Assembly (NCBI GenBank): GCA_965279035.1
Contig: OZ257142.1
Span: forward strand, 2,880,001-2,944,000
DNA length: 64,000 nucleotides
Origin: Bacteroidia bacterium
Lineage (GTDB): Bacteria > Bacteroidota > Bacteroidia > M30B66
Direction: 5' to 3'
The number at the start of each line of letters is the position of its first letter. Positions within the stretch are counted from its first letter, which is position 1. Shown here piece after piece: positions 19,629-29,751 of the stretch. Under the pieces are notes generated by a model. It was not told where the DNA came from. It worked only from the letters and a program-made list of their open reading frames with translations, and ran no database searches. A program made the position numbers and the translations under genes.

Positions 19629-19989
19629 GTTCTTCTCCTTCTTTCTTATTGGTACCTAAAATCCCTTCTAAAATTGAATTCACAATGGATAAGATTAAAC
19701 TAAATAAGAGCGCCCAAAAAAAACTATCTACCCGAAATTCAACCAAAAGATAATCAGCAAAAACAATGATTCCTGCATTGATAACCAAAAGAAAAAGCCC
19801 TAAACTGAGCACCGTTACAGGCAAAGTGAGCAGTATTAAGATTGGCTTTAAAAAGGAATTCAAAAATGAAAGTAATATTGCTAGCATGATGGCTGCTTGC
19901 CAATTATCCACTTGGACATGGGGTAACAAATAAGCTGTAATCAATACCGCAACAGACGATACGATTACTCTAAAAAACCAATTCTTCAT
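19621..19989 (-). CDS. Phage holin family / YvlD-like 4-TM membrane protein
   Basis: LNSFLKPILILLTLPVTVLSLGLFLLVINA; FFWALLFSLILSIVN. Confidence 0.88.
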   Translation of the reverse strand: MKNWFFRVIVSSVAVLITAYLLPHVQVDNWQAAIMLAILLSFLNSFLKPILILLTLPVTVLSLGLFLLVINAGIIVFADYLLVEFRVDSFFWALLFSLILSIVNSILEGILGTNKKEGEEHE

Positions 19990-20072
19990 ACAACTCGAAA
20001 GGTTAAATGTACAGATTCCTATGAGAAAATAGTATCAACTAAAGAACGTCATTTTTCCTATTTTTAACCCGA

Positions 20073-21248
20073 ATGAAACTAGTAACCGTCATTGGGGCTC
20101 GACCTCAAATCATCAAAGCCGCAGCATTAAGTCGCGCAGTCAGGAATTTCAAGGAGAAAGTCACTGAAATCATCGTTCATACTGGTCAACATTACGATGC
20201 CAATATGTCGGAAGTGTTTATTAATGAACTTGGTATACCCCAACCCGATTACAATTTGGGTGTAGGTTCAGGTTCTCATGGCAAGCAAACGGCAGCGATT
20301 ATTTCGGGCATGGAAGAAATATTAATGAAGGAAAATCCCGATTGGTTAGTGGTGTATGGCGATACCAATTCGACCTTAGCTGCAGCTATTGCCGGTTCAA
20401 AAATTCATATTCCGATTGCTCACATCGAATCAGGATTGAGATCGTTTAATAAAAAGATGCCCGAAGAAGTGAATCGGATTGTGTGCGATCATGTTTCAAC
20501 CTTGTTGTTCTCTCCTACTCCAACCGGCTATAACAATTTGCTAAAGGAAGGTTTCAAACAAAATACAGGTCCATTCAATGCTGATCATCCAGGTATTTTT
20601 CAATGTGGTGATTTGATGTATGATAATAGTTTGTTCTTTGCATCTGTTGCCAGAGAAAAAACCGATATCGTAGAAAAACTTCAATTGGATTCTAAGCCCT
20701 ATATTTTGGCGACAATTCATCGGAATAACAATACGGATGAGCCTGATCGACTTAATGCACTGTTCTCGACTTTATTAGATTTAGCCGAAGAATCAGGAAT
20801 TCGAATTCTACTTCCATTGCATCCGAGAACACGAAAAATGATGCAGGATTTATTGACATCTGAAATTCAAGAAAAGCTAAAAAATGAGTGGATTCAACTC
20901 ATTGAGCCTGCCTCCTTTTTAGAAATGATTGTCTTAGAACAAGGAGCTAAACTCGTGATTACCGATTCTGGAGGAGTTCAAAAAGAAGCCTTTTTCTTTA
21001 AGAAGCCATGTATCATTTTACGTCCCGAAACCGAATGGGTAGAACTTGTTCAAAATGGAACTGCACGTATTTGTGATGCCGATCCTGTGCGCATTCGAGA
21101 AGCCTTTCATTATTTTATTAAACAAGCAGATGAATTGAATTTTCCTGCTGTTTTTGGTGATGGAAAAGCTGCTGATTTCATTCTCAATCAATTATTCGAA
21201 AATGTTCAAAAATCAGATGTTCAATTAAATGCAGCTATAGGATTGTAA
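20073..21248 (+). CDS. wecB: UDP-N-acetylglucosamine 2-epimerase (non-hydrolysing)
   Basis: GARPQIIK, HTGQHYD, YGDTNST, HIESGLRS, MPEEVNR, TDSGGVQKEA. Confidence 0.95.
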   Translation: MKLVTVIGARPQIIKAAALSRAVRNFKEKVTEIIVHTGQHYDANMSEVFINELGIPQPDYNLGVGSGSHGKQTAAIISGMEEILMKENPDWLVVYGDTNSTLAAAIAGSKIHIPIAHIESGLRSFNKKMPEEVNRIVCDHVSTLLFSPTPTGYNNLLKEGFKQNTGPFNADHPGIFQCGDLMYDNSLFFASVAREKTDIVEKLQLDSKPYILATIHRNNNTDEPDRLNALFSTLLDLAEESGIRILLPLHPRTRKMMQDLLTSEIQEKLKNEWIQLIEPASFLEMIVLEQGAKLVITDSGGVQKEAFFFKKPCIILRPETEWVELVQNGTARICDADPVRIREAFHYFIKQADELNFPAVFGDGKAADFILNQLFENVQKSDVQLNAAIGL

Positions 21249-21260
21249 TCTGTACTTTTC

Positions 21261-22568
21261 ATGATTCTTATTTATACACATCGGATTACTTCTAGAAATA
21301 AATACACGTTTAAATTAATCTTCGGAGAAATTTTAGGACTGAGCTATGAAGTAACATCTGATAAAATAAGATTCAAAGAATACACTGGAGCTAAAATCAG
21401 TTATTGCAATCGACCTGTAGCGGATGAGATTTTCTTTTTTGCAACAGATTTACTTTTTGAAAATGGCATTGTTGTTCAAGAAACGGGATTTTTAACTTGG
21501 GGTGGAACGAAAGTTTTTTATCCTACCATTCGTAATTCTGAACTGCCTTTTGATCCATTTGCAGCTTCGTTTTTCTTAGTTAGTCGATACGAAGAATATC
21601 TTCCTCATATCCGCGATAAACACGGTCGATTCGAAGCAAAACAAAGTCTTTCCTACTTGCATGGATTTCTTCAAAAACCCGTAGTCAACCAATGGGCTAT
21701 TGAAATTCTAAGACGCATAGAAGAGCGTTATGGAAAAATTCCAGCCAAAGAACATCATTATAGCTTCAAGCCAACCATCGATATTGACAATGCTTGGGCT
21801 TATCGCCATAAAGGGTTTATTCGCATTGGTGCAGGAATGATTTCCGATTTGATGAATTTGAATTTTGCTGGATTTACGAAGCGTTTCAAAGCTGTTTTTC
21901 ATTTGAGTCATGATCCATATGATACCTATGAATATCAAATAGAATTAATTCAGAAATACAAGCTCAATCAAATCTTTTTTGTATTGCTGGGTGATTATGC
22001 TACGTATGATAAAAGCGTTCCTCATCAAAACAAACACATGCAATCACTCATAAAATTTATGGGTGATTTTGGCGAAGTTGGTATTCATCCATCTTATGCT
22101 TCAAACGACTTTCCGAAGAAAATCCCTTACGAAATCTCACGATTGTCCTATATTCTTCACCAAGAAATTCATTTAAGTCGACAGCATTTCTTAAGATTGA
22201 GTTTACCCGATACCTATCAACGTTTGATAGAATGCGACATCACAGATGATTACACGATGGGATATCCTGATCAACCTGGATTTAGAGCGGGAATTTGTAC
22301 GCCCTTCTTTTTTTACGATCTTGACTTGGAAATAGAAACATCATTAAGACTTCATCCTTTTGCCATTATGGATGGAACATTACGCGATTACATGAATATT
22401 CAGCCTGAAAATGCAAACGAAATTATTCATCCATTAATTGATGAAGTTAAAAAAGTAAAAGGAGAGTTTATTTCTGTTTGGCATAATGAATCTTTTGCTG
22501 AAAATACACGCTGGAAAGGTTGGAGAAAAGTATACGAAGACATGATAGAAAAAGCTTTACCCGAATAA
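21261..22568 (+). CDS. Polysaccharide deacetylase-like protein (Bacteroidota DUF7033 type)
   Basis: FFLVSRYEEY, TIDID, EVGIHPSY, RQHFLR, GFRAG, IMDGTL, VWHN. Confidence 0.8.
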   Translation: MILIYTHRITSRNKYTFKLIFGEILGLSYEVTSDKIRFKEYTGAKISYCNRPVADEIFFFATDLLFENGIVVQETGFLTWGGTKVFYPTIRNSELPFDPFAASFFLVSRYEEYLPHIRDKHGRFEAKQSLSYLHGFLQKPVVNQWAIEILRRIEERYGKIPAKEHHYSFKPTIDIDNAWAYRHKGFIRIGAGMISDLMNLNFAGFTKRFKAVFHLSHDPYDTYEYQIELIQKYKLNQIFFVLLGDYATYDKSVPHQNKHMQSLIKFMGDFGEVGIHPSYASNDFPKKIPYEISRLSYILHQEIHLSRQHFLRLSLPDTYQRLIECDITDDYTMGYPDQPGFRAGICTPFFFYDLDLEIETSLRLHPFAIMDGTLRDYMNIQPENANEIIHPLIDEVKKVKGEFISVWHNESFAENTRWKGWRKVYEDMIEKALPE

Positions 22569-22571
22569 ATT

Positions 22572-23504
22572 ATGAATGAATTACCTAAACTAAAATTTCT
22601 TAATCACGCACAAATAAATAAAATACGTTGGGATGAAGCTTTATTGCAAAGTTCAAATGGATTGGTGTATGCTACAACTTGGTATTTAGATGTTGTAACG
22701 AATGATAGTTGGTCGGCTTTAGTGAGTGAAGATTATACATGGTTAATGCCTTTGCCTATTAAAAAGAAAGCAGGAGTTCGTTATCTACCAACACCCTTAT
22801 TTATTCAGCAATTAGGAATTTTTGGCCCCGGTCCATTTACAAGTGAACTGACGGATCATTTTTTAAAACACATCGAAGCCAATGTGAAATTGATCGAATA
22901 TCAACTCAATGCTGAAAATGCAAGACCTTCGGAAGGAAATTTTGAAATTCGTTCTCGATTAAATCATGTAAAACCGATTCCTACCGACCGTTCTTCGATT
23001 TTTAACGAATACAACGAAAACACGCAACGTAATATTAAGAAAGCAGAGAAAGCAGAAATTCGTTTTGGAACGGCATCTATCCGACAAATGATTAAGCTTT
23101 TTCAAGATCACAAAGAGAAAGAAATAGACAATTGGAACATTGAAAATTACAATGTGCTCGATCGCTTATACAATGTGTGCATGCTTCGGAATTTCGGACA
23201 AGCAATAGGAGTTTATAATCCCAATGGGGAATTAATCGCTGGTGCATTTATAACAGAATGGAAAGGACGAGCAACATTTATTTTTTCGTGCAATAGTGTT
23301 GAAGGAAAAGAACATGGTGCTTTACCTGCTTTAATTCATCATTATTTGTCAACGGCTCCTGCACATATACGCATTTTCGATTTCGAAGGCTCTGACCAAG
23401 AAGGGCTTGCACGATTCTACAAGAGTTTTGGTAGCATTGAGTCGAACTATGTACATTTGAAACTTAACCGCCTGCCATTTTACATGCGCTGGCTAAAACC
23501 TTAA
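22572..23504 (+). CDS. GNAT/FemAB-like acyltransferase
   Basis: PLFIQQLG, RNIKKA, FDFEGS..GLARFYKSFG. Confidence 0.75.
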   Translation: MNELPKLKFLNHAQINKIRWDEALLQSSNGLVYATTWYLDVVTNDSWSALVSEDYTWLMPLPIKKKAGVRYLPTPLFIQQLGIFGPGPFTSELTDHFLKHIEANVKLIEYQLNAENARPSEGNFEIRSRLNHVKPIPTDRSSIFNEYNENTQRNIKKAEKAEIRFGTASIRQMIKLFQDHKEKEIDNWNIENYNVLDRLYNVCMLRNFGQAIGVYNPNGELIAGAFITEWKGRATFIFSCNSVEGKEHGALPALIHHYLSTAPAHIRIFDFEGSDQEGLARFYKSFGSIESNYVHLKLNRLPFYMRWLKP

Positions 23505-23507
23505 GCG

Positions 23508-24155
23508 ATGTCGCGGATTTTAAGTAATGAAAATTCATTGGTGAATGTGTTTATTAGCGAACTACGTGATGAGAACATTCAGAAAGATTCTATGCGCTTC
23601 AGACGAAATCTGGAACGTTTAGGGGAAATCATTGCTTATGAGATTAGTAAAACCTTGGAATATACTGAACAGGATGTTACTACACCACTCGGTATTGCTC
23701 AAGTTCCTGTGCTAAAAGATCAACCTGTCATTGCGACAATACTTCGCGCTGGTTTGCCCGTTCATCAAGGAATGCTTAATTATTTCGATCGTGCAGGAAA
23801 TGCCTTTGTATCAGCCTACCGAAAGCACCATAAAGACAATACCTTTGAAATTAAGGTTGAATACATGAGTAGCCCTGAATTGAACGATAAAGTGTTGATT
23901 ATTTGTGATCCCATGTTGGCTACCGGACAATCGATGTTACTTGCATACAAGGCATTAATTCAACGCGGGAAGCCTCGTCATATTCATGTTGTTGGATTAA
24001 TTGCAAGTATTGAAGGACTTTCGTATGTAAAAAGTCATTTCCCCGAAAATACCAGTTTTTGGATGGGCGCTGTGGATGATGAGTTAACTGTAAAATCCTA
24101 TATCGTTCCTGGCTTAGGTGATGCAGGAGATTTGGCTTTCGGTCAAAAACTCTAA
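23508..24155 (+). CDS. upp: Uracil phosphoribosyltransferase
   Basis: ILRAGL, DPMLATG, YIVPGLGDAGD. Confidence 0.96.
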   Translation: MSRILSNENSLVNVFISELRDENIQKDSMRFRRNLERLGEIIAYEISKTLEYTEQDVTTPLGIAQVPVLKDQPVIATILRAGLPVHQGMLNYFDRAGNAFVSAYRKHHKDNTFEIKVEYMSSPELNDKVLIICDPMLATGQSMLLAYKALIQRGKPRHIHVVGLIASIEGLSYVKSHFPENTSFWMGAVDDELTVKSYIVPGLGDAGDLAFGQKL

Positions 24156-24228
24156 TCGAACATTGATCTAGATTGAGTGTTTCATCCTTGTAGATGATTC
24201 AAATTGACTTATAATCTACCCAATTCCA

Positions 24229-24696
24229 ATGTCGACTGTTATTCAGTTTGTTCTGCTTTTTTTACTAAGTTCTGTAAAGTTTGTTGTTGGAATTCCATCA
24301 GCATTCAAAGCATTGCATCTGGGTTTTTTCGAATTAATACTTTTTGGAATTGGCTCTGGATTTACAGGAGTTTTTGCTTTTATGTTTTTTAGCAATTACC
24401 TATTTGCGTTTTGGGATACGCTGAAAAGACGAATTTTCCCTGTTAAAAAACCAAAGAAAAAACGTGTGTTTAATCGGTTCAGCAGAATCTATGTGAAAGT
24501 AATTCGCCAATATGGATTAGCAGGAATTGCATTTATTACTCCAACGCTTATTTCAATTCCAGTTGGAACTTTATTGGCTAGGCGCTTATTTCCAGACCGA
24601 AAAAAAGTGTTGCTATACCTGTGTATTTCGATTATTCTTTGGTCAATAACGCTCTCGGTAATCCTTCATTTCCCCAAATTTATTAGTTCATTCTAA
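24229..24696 (+). CDS. Small membrane protein (small multidrug export-like)
   Basis: Hydrophobic segments; YGLAGIAFITPTLISIPVG. Confidence 0.65.
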   Translation: MSTVIQFVLLFLLSSVKFVVGIPSAFKALHLGFFELILFGIGSGFTGVFAFMFFSNYLFAFWDTLKRRIFPVKKPKKKRVFNRFSRIYVKVIRQYGLAGIAFITPTLISIPVGTLLARRLFPDRKKVLLYLCISIILWSITLSVILHFPKFISSF

Positions 24697-25383
24697 ATGG
24701 AAATTCAACATCTTTTTTTTGATCTCGACCGTACCATTTGGGATTATGAAACCAATAGCCGCGAAACGTTAAACGACCTACACGATCAGTATTTAATAGA
24801 TAAAGTTCAAGAAGATAAAGACACATTTGCTAGAATATTTCGTTTCGAAAATTCATTGTTATGGGAAGCATTCACATCCAATAAAATTGACAAAGAATAT
24901 TTACGAAAAAACCGTTTTCTCAACACTATTAAACGACTTGGATTAAACGATTCGGATTTGGCTTTACAATTAGAAGATTCGTATCTCGAAGTAACACCTG
25001 CCAAAAAGAAATTACTTGATGGAGCTAAAGAAACGCTTCAAATTTTATCTAAAAAATATACGCTTCATATCATTACCAATGGATTTGAAGATGTACAGAA
25101 TTTCAAACTCATCAATTGTGGAATACGCGAGTATTTTCAAGAAGTCATTACGAGTGATGGAGCAAATTCCAGAAAACCCAATCCCGAAATTTTCGATTAT
25201 TCCTTAAGTATTGCAGGTGCGACCAAACAAACAAGTATGATGATTGGCGATGATCCTGAAATTGATATTGTGGGTGCTCAGAAAGCTGGTTGGGAGGCTT
25301 TTTTAGTGAATACGATGAATCTAAAACATAATTTAAATGTTCGTGAAGTAGCCACTTTGCCTGAATTGCTAGAACATTTATAA
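24697..25383 (+). CDS. yjjG: YjjG-family HAD pyrimidine nucleotidase
   Basis: FFDLDRTIWD, IITNGF, KPNPEIF, MIGDD..DI. Confidence 0.85.
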   Translation: MEIQHLFFDLDRTIWDYETNSRETLNDLHDQYLIDKVQEDKDTFARIFRFENSLLWEAFTSNKIDKEYLRKNRFLNTIKRLGLNDSDLALQLEDSYLEVTPAKKKLLDGAKETLQILSKKYTLHIITNGFEDVQNFKLINCGIREYFQEVITSDGANSRKPNPEIFDYSLSIAGATKQTSMMIGDDPEIDIVGAQKAGWEAFLVNTMNLKHNLNVREVATLPELLEHL

Positions 25384-25385
25384 AT

Positions 25386-25427
25386 AAAAAATCCCGTTCC
25401 TTAGGAAGAAACGGGATTCATTTTTTT
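25386..25427. terminator. Bidirectional terminator between convergent genes
   Basis: aaaaaatcccgtt...aacgggattcattttttt. Confidence 0.75.
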
Positions 25428-25436
25428 CAAAAGCGT

Positions 25437-25757
25437 TTAGTGCGCAGCTTCTGTTTTCTTTTTGTCTTTATCGCACGATTTTGCAGCGTCTTTAGAACAA
25501 CATTTCTTTTCGGTTGATCCGCCATTTCCAGAGCCTGTTGATGCAGCTCCTGATTTTGCGCCTTCACCTTCGTGACAAGATTTAGCTGCTTCTTTTGAAC
25601 AGCACGATTTCTCAGATTTTTTCTTTTTGTCTTTGTCCTTGTCTTTATCCAATTTAGCTACAACAGTATTTCCTTGATTTAAAGCAGATGCTAATGGAGC
25701 TGCAATGGCACTGCTCATAAAAGCAGCAAGGCAAAGCATGGAGATGATTTTTTTCAT
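25437..25757 (-). CDS. Small secreted Lys/Cys-rich low-complexity protein
   Basis: Signal peptide MKKIISMLCLAAFMSSAIA; two CCSKxAAKSC repeats. Confidence 0.75.
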   Translation of the reverse strand: MKKIISMLCLAAFMSSAIAAPLASALNQGNTVVAKLDKDKDKDKKKKSEKSCCSKEAAKSCHEGEGAKSGAASTGSGNGGSTEKKCCSKDAAKSCDKDKKKTEAAH

Positions 25758-25810
25758 TTTTAGAGATTGTGTTTTTCAAATGTACGAAAGCTTAATTGCT
25801 TTCAACTGCA

Positions 25811-26470
25811 TTAACGATTAAATTTAGCAATGATTGTGATACCTCCTTTAACCACTTCGCCCAACTTCACTTGAACATCAGCATCCAAAGGCATAAAAAT
25901 ATCCACTCGCGATCCGAATTTTATAAATCCAAACTCGCCTCCTTGCTTTGCCTCATCTCCCACTTTCGAATAAGTAACTATCCGACGAGCCACAGCTCCA
26001 GCAATTTGGCGCAATAAAACAGAACGCTTTCCATCTTCAACAACAACCGTTGTTCGCTCGTTTTCTGTTGAAGATTTTGGATGTGAAGCAATCAAATACA
26101 ATCCTTGGTGATACTTGAAATACGTCACCTTTCCTGAGATAGCATAACGATTCACATGCACATTCAAGGGCGACATAAAAACTGAAACTTGCTTCCGCTT
26201 TCCCTTGTAATATTCAGGTTCATCTACTTCTTCAATGGCAACAATTTTCCCATCGGCTGGACAAAGAACCCAATCATCTCCCAAATTTTGTGTTCTATTG
26301 GGGCTGCGAAAAAACTGCAATACCAAAACAAACACTACGAATGAAGCCAACCAAACGAGTTGATGTGCTAAGGTTGCATCTGGCAAAAGGGCAAAAAGAG
26401 AAACATTGATAATTGCCAGAATAATCAGCAGGGAAAGTAAAATACGATGGCCTTCACGGTGAATGGTCAT
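25811..26470 (-). CDS. psd: Phosphatidylserine decarboxylase proenzyme
   Basis: FFRSPNR, PADGK, FMSPLNVHVNR, KFGSRVD self-cleavage motif. Confidence 0.93.
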   Translation of the reverse strand: MTIHREGHRILLSLLIILAIINVSLFALLPDATLAHQLVWLASFVVFVLVLQFFRSPNRTQNLGDDWVLCPADGKIVAIEEVDEPEYYKGKRKQVSVFMSPLNVHVNRYAISGKVTYFKYHQGLYLIASHPKSSTENERTTVVVEDGKRSVLLRQIAGAVARRIVTYSKVGDEAKQGGEFGFIKFGSRVDIFMPLDADVQVKLGEVVKGGITIIAKFNR

Positions 26471-26540
26471 GTTATAAATTTAGGATGATTGAATCCAAAA
26501 GCTGATTCAAGAATTCTGTTTAAAAGAAATAAACACCCAA

Positions 26541-26885
26541 TTACAAGTGCATGTATTGTTTCTTTGCCAAAAGTTGCTCCTGTGTTTCGCGGTGATCAGG
26601 ATCGTCTACACAACAATCAACCGGACAAACTGCCGCACATTGTGGTTCATCATGAAAACCAACACATTCGGTACATTTATCACTAACAATATAGTATGTA
26701 TCCATTTGAACAGGCTTTTGTGTTGCTCCAGCTTGGTATACACCACTGGCAGCATTCACTTCTCCATTCAAAGAAGTTCCATCAGAGAAACGCCATTCCG
26801 TGCCACCTTCATAGATTGCATTGTTTGGACATTCCGGTTCGCATGCACCACAATTGATGCATTCATCAGTAATCATGATCGCCAT
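26541..26885 (-). CDS. 2[4Fe-4S] ferredoxin (YfhL-like)
   Basis: CINCGACEPECP and CTECVG..PQCAAVCPVDCC. Confidence 0.93.
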   Translation of the reverse strand: MAIMITDECINCGACEPECPNNAIYEGGTEWRFSDGTSLNGEVNAASGVYQAGATQKPVQMDTYYIVSDKCTECVGFHDEPQCAAVCPVDCCVDDPDHRETQEQLLAKKQYMHL

Positions 26886-26946
26886 ATCACGTCAGATTTA
26901 AGGTTTATTTTCGCAGCGCAAAACTAAGGTATAATTGCTTTCATAC

Positions 26947-28002
26947 ATGACATCCGAACAACGCATTTCAGCATTTATTCAATTAGGGATCGAGATTCAA
27001 CAAACTTTTTCCCTTCCTACAGAACAACAAAATATTCTTCAACAACAACTATATCAGCTCACTGAGCGCATGCATCATAGTAATGGCTGGTTTACTTTTG
27101 AAAATACACGTCATGCATTATTGGGCATAGCTAACATGCTCGAAAGTCAAACTATTCGCTCTTGGTGGGAAAGCTATTCTGATCAATTTCAAGAAGAAAG
27201 ATTGCATTCGGTTGGAGTTATCATGGCGGGAAACATTCCGGCAGTTGGCTTTCATGATATGCTATGCGTCCTACTTTCTGGAAATATCCTGAATGCCAAA
27301 CTTTCCTCAAGCGACCTAGTTTTGCTTCCAGCTTTAGCTGCAATGCTCTGTGCTATTGAACCTTTGTTTATCGATCGCATTCACTTTACCGAAGAGCGTC
27401 TGCCTAAAATTGATGCCATCATTGCAACAGGTAGCAATAATTCATCACGGTATTTTGACTACTATTTTAGCAAGTATCCTAACATCATTCGTAAAAATAG
27501 AACTTCAGTCGCTGTATTGACTGGCGCCGAAAGTCACCAAGAATTACAGGCATTATGCGAAGACATTTTCCGGTATTTTGGATTGGGTTGTCGCAATGTT
27601 TCTTGTCTGTTTGTGCCCGATGATTTCAAAGTGGATACGTTTTATGAAGCGGCTGAAGATTGGGCCGAATTGTACAATCATCAGAAATACAATAACAATT
27701 ACACGTATAATAAATCGGTGTATTTGGTGAATTCGATCCCACATTTCGACAATAATTTCCTCATCCTTCGGGAAGATGAATCCTTGCATCCACCCATTGG
27801 TGTAATCAATTTCGTTCGTTACAAAGACATTGATTTACTAAAAGAAATGTTGATAACTCGAAAGGATGAATTGCAATGTGTTGTAGCTTCTCCTTTGAGT
27901 GGAATTCCATCGATTCCATTTGGTACTTCTCAAAATCCTGGTCCGGGCGATTATGCCGATGGTGTGGATACGCTTGCATTTCTAGCCTCGATTCCCAATT
28001 AA
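26947..28002 (+). CDS. Acyl-CoA reductase (LuxC-like)
   Basis: MAGNIPAVGFHD, IATGSNN, RKNRTS, YFGLGCRNV, DYADGVDT; ATG at 26947. Confidence 0.88.
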   Translation: MTSEQRISAFIQLGIEIQQTFSLPTEQQNILQQQLYQLTERMHHSNGWFTFENTRHALLGIANMLESQTIRSWWESYSDQFQEERLHSVGVIMAGNIPAVGFHDMLCVLLSGNILNAKLSSSDLVLLPALAAMLCAIEPLFIDRIHFTEERLPKIDAIIATGSNNSSRYFDYYFSKYPNIIRKNRTSVAVLTGAESHQELQALCEDIFRYFGLGCRNVSCLFVPDDFKVDTFYEAAEDWAELYNHQKYNNNYTYNKSVYLVNSIPHFDNNFLILREDESLHPPIGVINFVRYKDIDLLKEMLITRKDELQCVVASPLSGIPSIPFGTSQNPGPGDYADGVDTLAFLASIPN

Positions 28003-28003
28003 A

Positions 28004-28471
28004 ATGAAACATATTTTCTTCCTTCTATCCCTTATCCCTTTTTCTATGCTTGCACAATCCGATTCTATTATCGTTACAGGAAAATTCTCCGAAGATCTTC
28101 TTTCAAGTGAATGGTTTCGATCATGGAATAGCGAATCGATAAAGTACCTTCCTGATGCTGCCATCATAGATCAACTTGCTCAAATTCCGACAGCGAATTT
28201 GAATGTTATTGTCTATCTCGGAACCTGGTGCGAAGATAGTAAAACACATATTCCGGCTTTTATTCAAGTAGCGAATAAGATGGAATTGAACTATACTTTA
28301 ATTGGAGTGAATCGGGAAAAAGAATGTCCTTTTGATAAGAAGGAATGTAAAAACTGGGATATTACCAATGTGCCTACGATTATTGTTTTTCGTGATGATA
28401 AAGAAATTGGACGCATCGTTGAAACGCCCAAACGTAGTATCGAATTCGATCTTCTAGATATTCTAAAATGA
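28004..28471 (+). CDS. Thioredoxin-like protein, secreted
   Basis: GTWCEDS, VPTIIV..KEIGRIVETP. Confidence 0.85.
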   Translation: MKHIFFLLSLIPFSMLAQSDSIIVTGKFSEDLLSSEWFRSWNSESIKYLPDAAIIDQLAQIPTANLNVIVYLGTWCEDSKTHIPAFIQVANKMELNYTLIGVNREKECPFDKKECKNWDITNVPTIIVFRDDKEIGRIVETPKRSIEFDLLDILK

Positions 28472-28749
28472 AAGGATGATTCGAAATGAATTTCACCTCT
28501 TTCAGAATAAATTTCTTGGAGAATTTCAGAGTGATAATCAAGAACGAAGAAGCTATTCAGTTAAATCTTTGATGAATTGAAAATCGTAATCCATTCAAAA
28601 TGTGCGAATTGATTCAGGGAAGGCAAATTGAAAAAAAATTATCTTTACGGCTTCAAAAATTTCAACCACAAAAATTGTTGCTTCTGAATTAGATCATTCG
28701 ATTATCTTGAGAAACAGAAAAAACAGAATCAACCTTTGAAACAAAAAAT

Positions 28750-29553
28750 ATGAAGAACTGGAATTCCACGGAAGTTGTAAAAGCGAGTGACTTACATGAA
28801 AATTATTGGTATCAAGGTTTCTTCTATACAGGTTTTGGTCAGAAAGAATATTATCGCCGCGATTTTGAAGAGATTCGGTTTCGTGATTTAGCCTTGTTTA
28901 CTTTAGGTGGAATTGAAGGAAAAAAGGTCCTCGATATTGGTTGTGGAAATGGATTGTATTCGCTCACGTTTTTGAAAATGGGAGCTGAGTTAGTTGCTGG
29001 ACAAGATTTATCTCAGAAATACCTTGACATTGGAACCGACACATTTAAAAAGAATGGGTATTCTAATTTTGTCATGAAAGCTGGTAATTGTGAATTTCTT
29101 CAATATGAAGATAATTATTTCGATTCAGCCTTTTCGGGTGATGTATTTGAGCACATTACACGTGAACAAAAAATCAATTTTATCAATGAGACTTTCCGAG
29201 TATTAAAACCGGGTGGACGTTTTACCATTAAAACTCCCAATAAAAGTTATTTGAAAATGTCGAATTTTTTCCGTCGGATTTTAGCGCTTGCTAAATTCAA
29301 AAACCCGATGAATATTCACATTGCTCATACGCACAACAATCCCGATAATGAGCACCATGGCTTGACTACACATGCCGAAATGTTGGAGATATTTGGAAAT
29401 ACTATGTTTCATAAACCCGAAATTGTTTTCCAAGAATTGAATAAAAAATCCATCCCCAATTTTATTCGCCGACTCTTTAAAAAGAATGTGTATTTCAATC
29501 AGCAAATCATCATTTCTGTCCAAAAACCTATTTTTTACGGTATTTATAAATAA
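28750..29553 (+). CDS. Class I SAM-dependent methyltransferase
   Basis: VLDIGCGNG, DVFEHI, RVLKPGG..TPN. Confidence 0.88.
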   Translation: MKNWNSTEVVKASDLHENYWYQGFFYTGFGQKEYYRRDFEEIRFRDLALFTLGGIEGKKVLDIGCGNGLYSLTFLKMGAELVAGQDLSQKYLDIGTDTFKKNGYSNFVMKAGNCEFLQYEDNYFDSAFSGDVFEHITREQKINFINETFRVLKPGGRFTIKTPNKSYLKMSNFFRRILALAKFKNPMNIHIAHTHNNPDNEHHGLTTHAEMLEIFGNTMFHKPEIVFQELNKKSIPNFIRRLFKKNVYFNQQIIISVQKPIFYGIYK

Positions 29554-29584
29554 GCATTTGAGCTTAATTATTGATTAAATAAAT

Positions 29585-29615
29585 AAGCCTGAGAATTTCA
29601 TTTTCGGGCTTTTTT
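29585..29615 (+). terminator. Rho-independent terminator
   Basis: aagcctgaga...tttcgggctttttt. Confidence 0.7.
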
Positions 29616-29751
29616 ATTTCCATTTTTTAATTTCAAAGAATTCCAAATTGAATAAGAGGATATTTAAAATATAAAATCCCCAGTGATTGGTATATTTGAT
29701 AGTTTGATTTCAATTTTTATTCCTATTAAATCTTTTAGAAATTCAATTCCA

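Noticed and set aside
19621-19989. Holin as a sign of a prophage
   Set aside because: The YvlD-like family is commonly chromosomal and no other phage genes are present
26947-28002. LuxC-like gene as a bioluminescence operon
   Set aside because: No luxAB/D/E nearby; a stand-alone reductase divergent from a ferredoxin is ordinary in Bacteroidota
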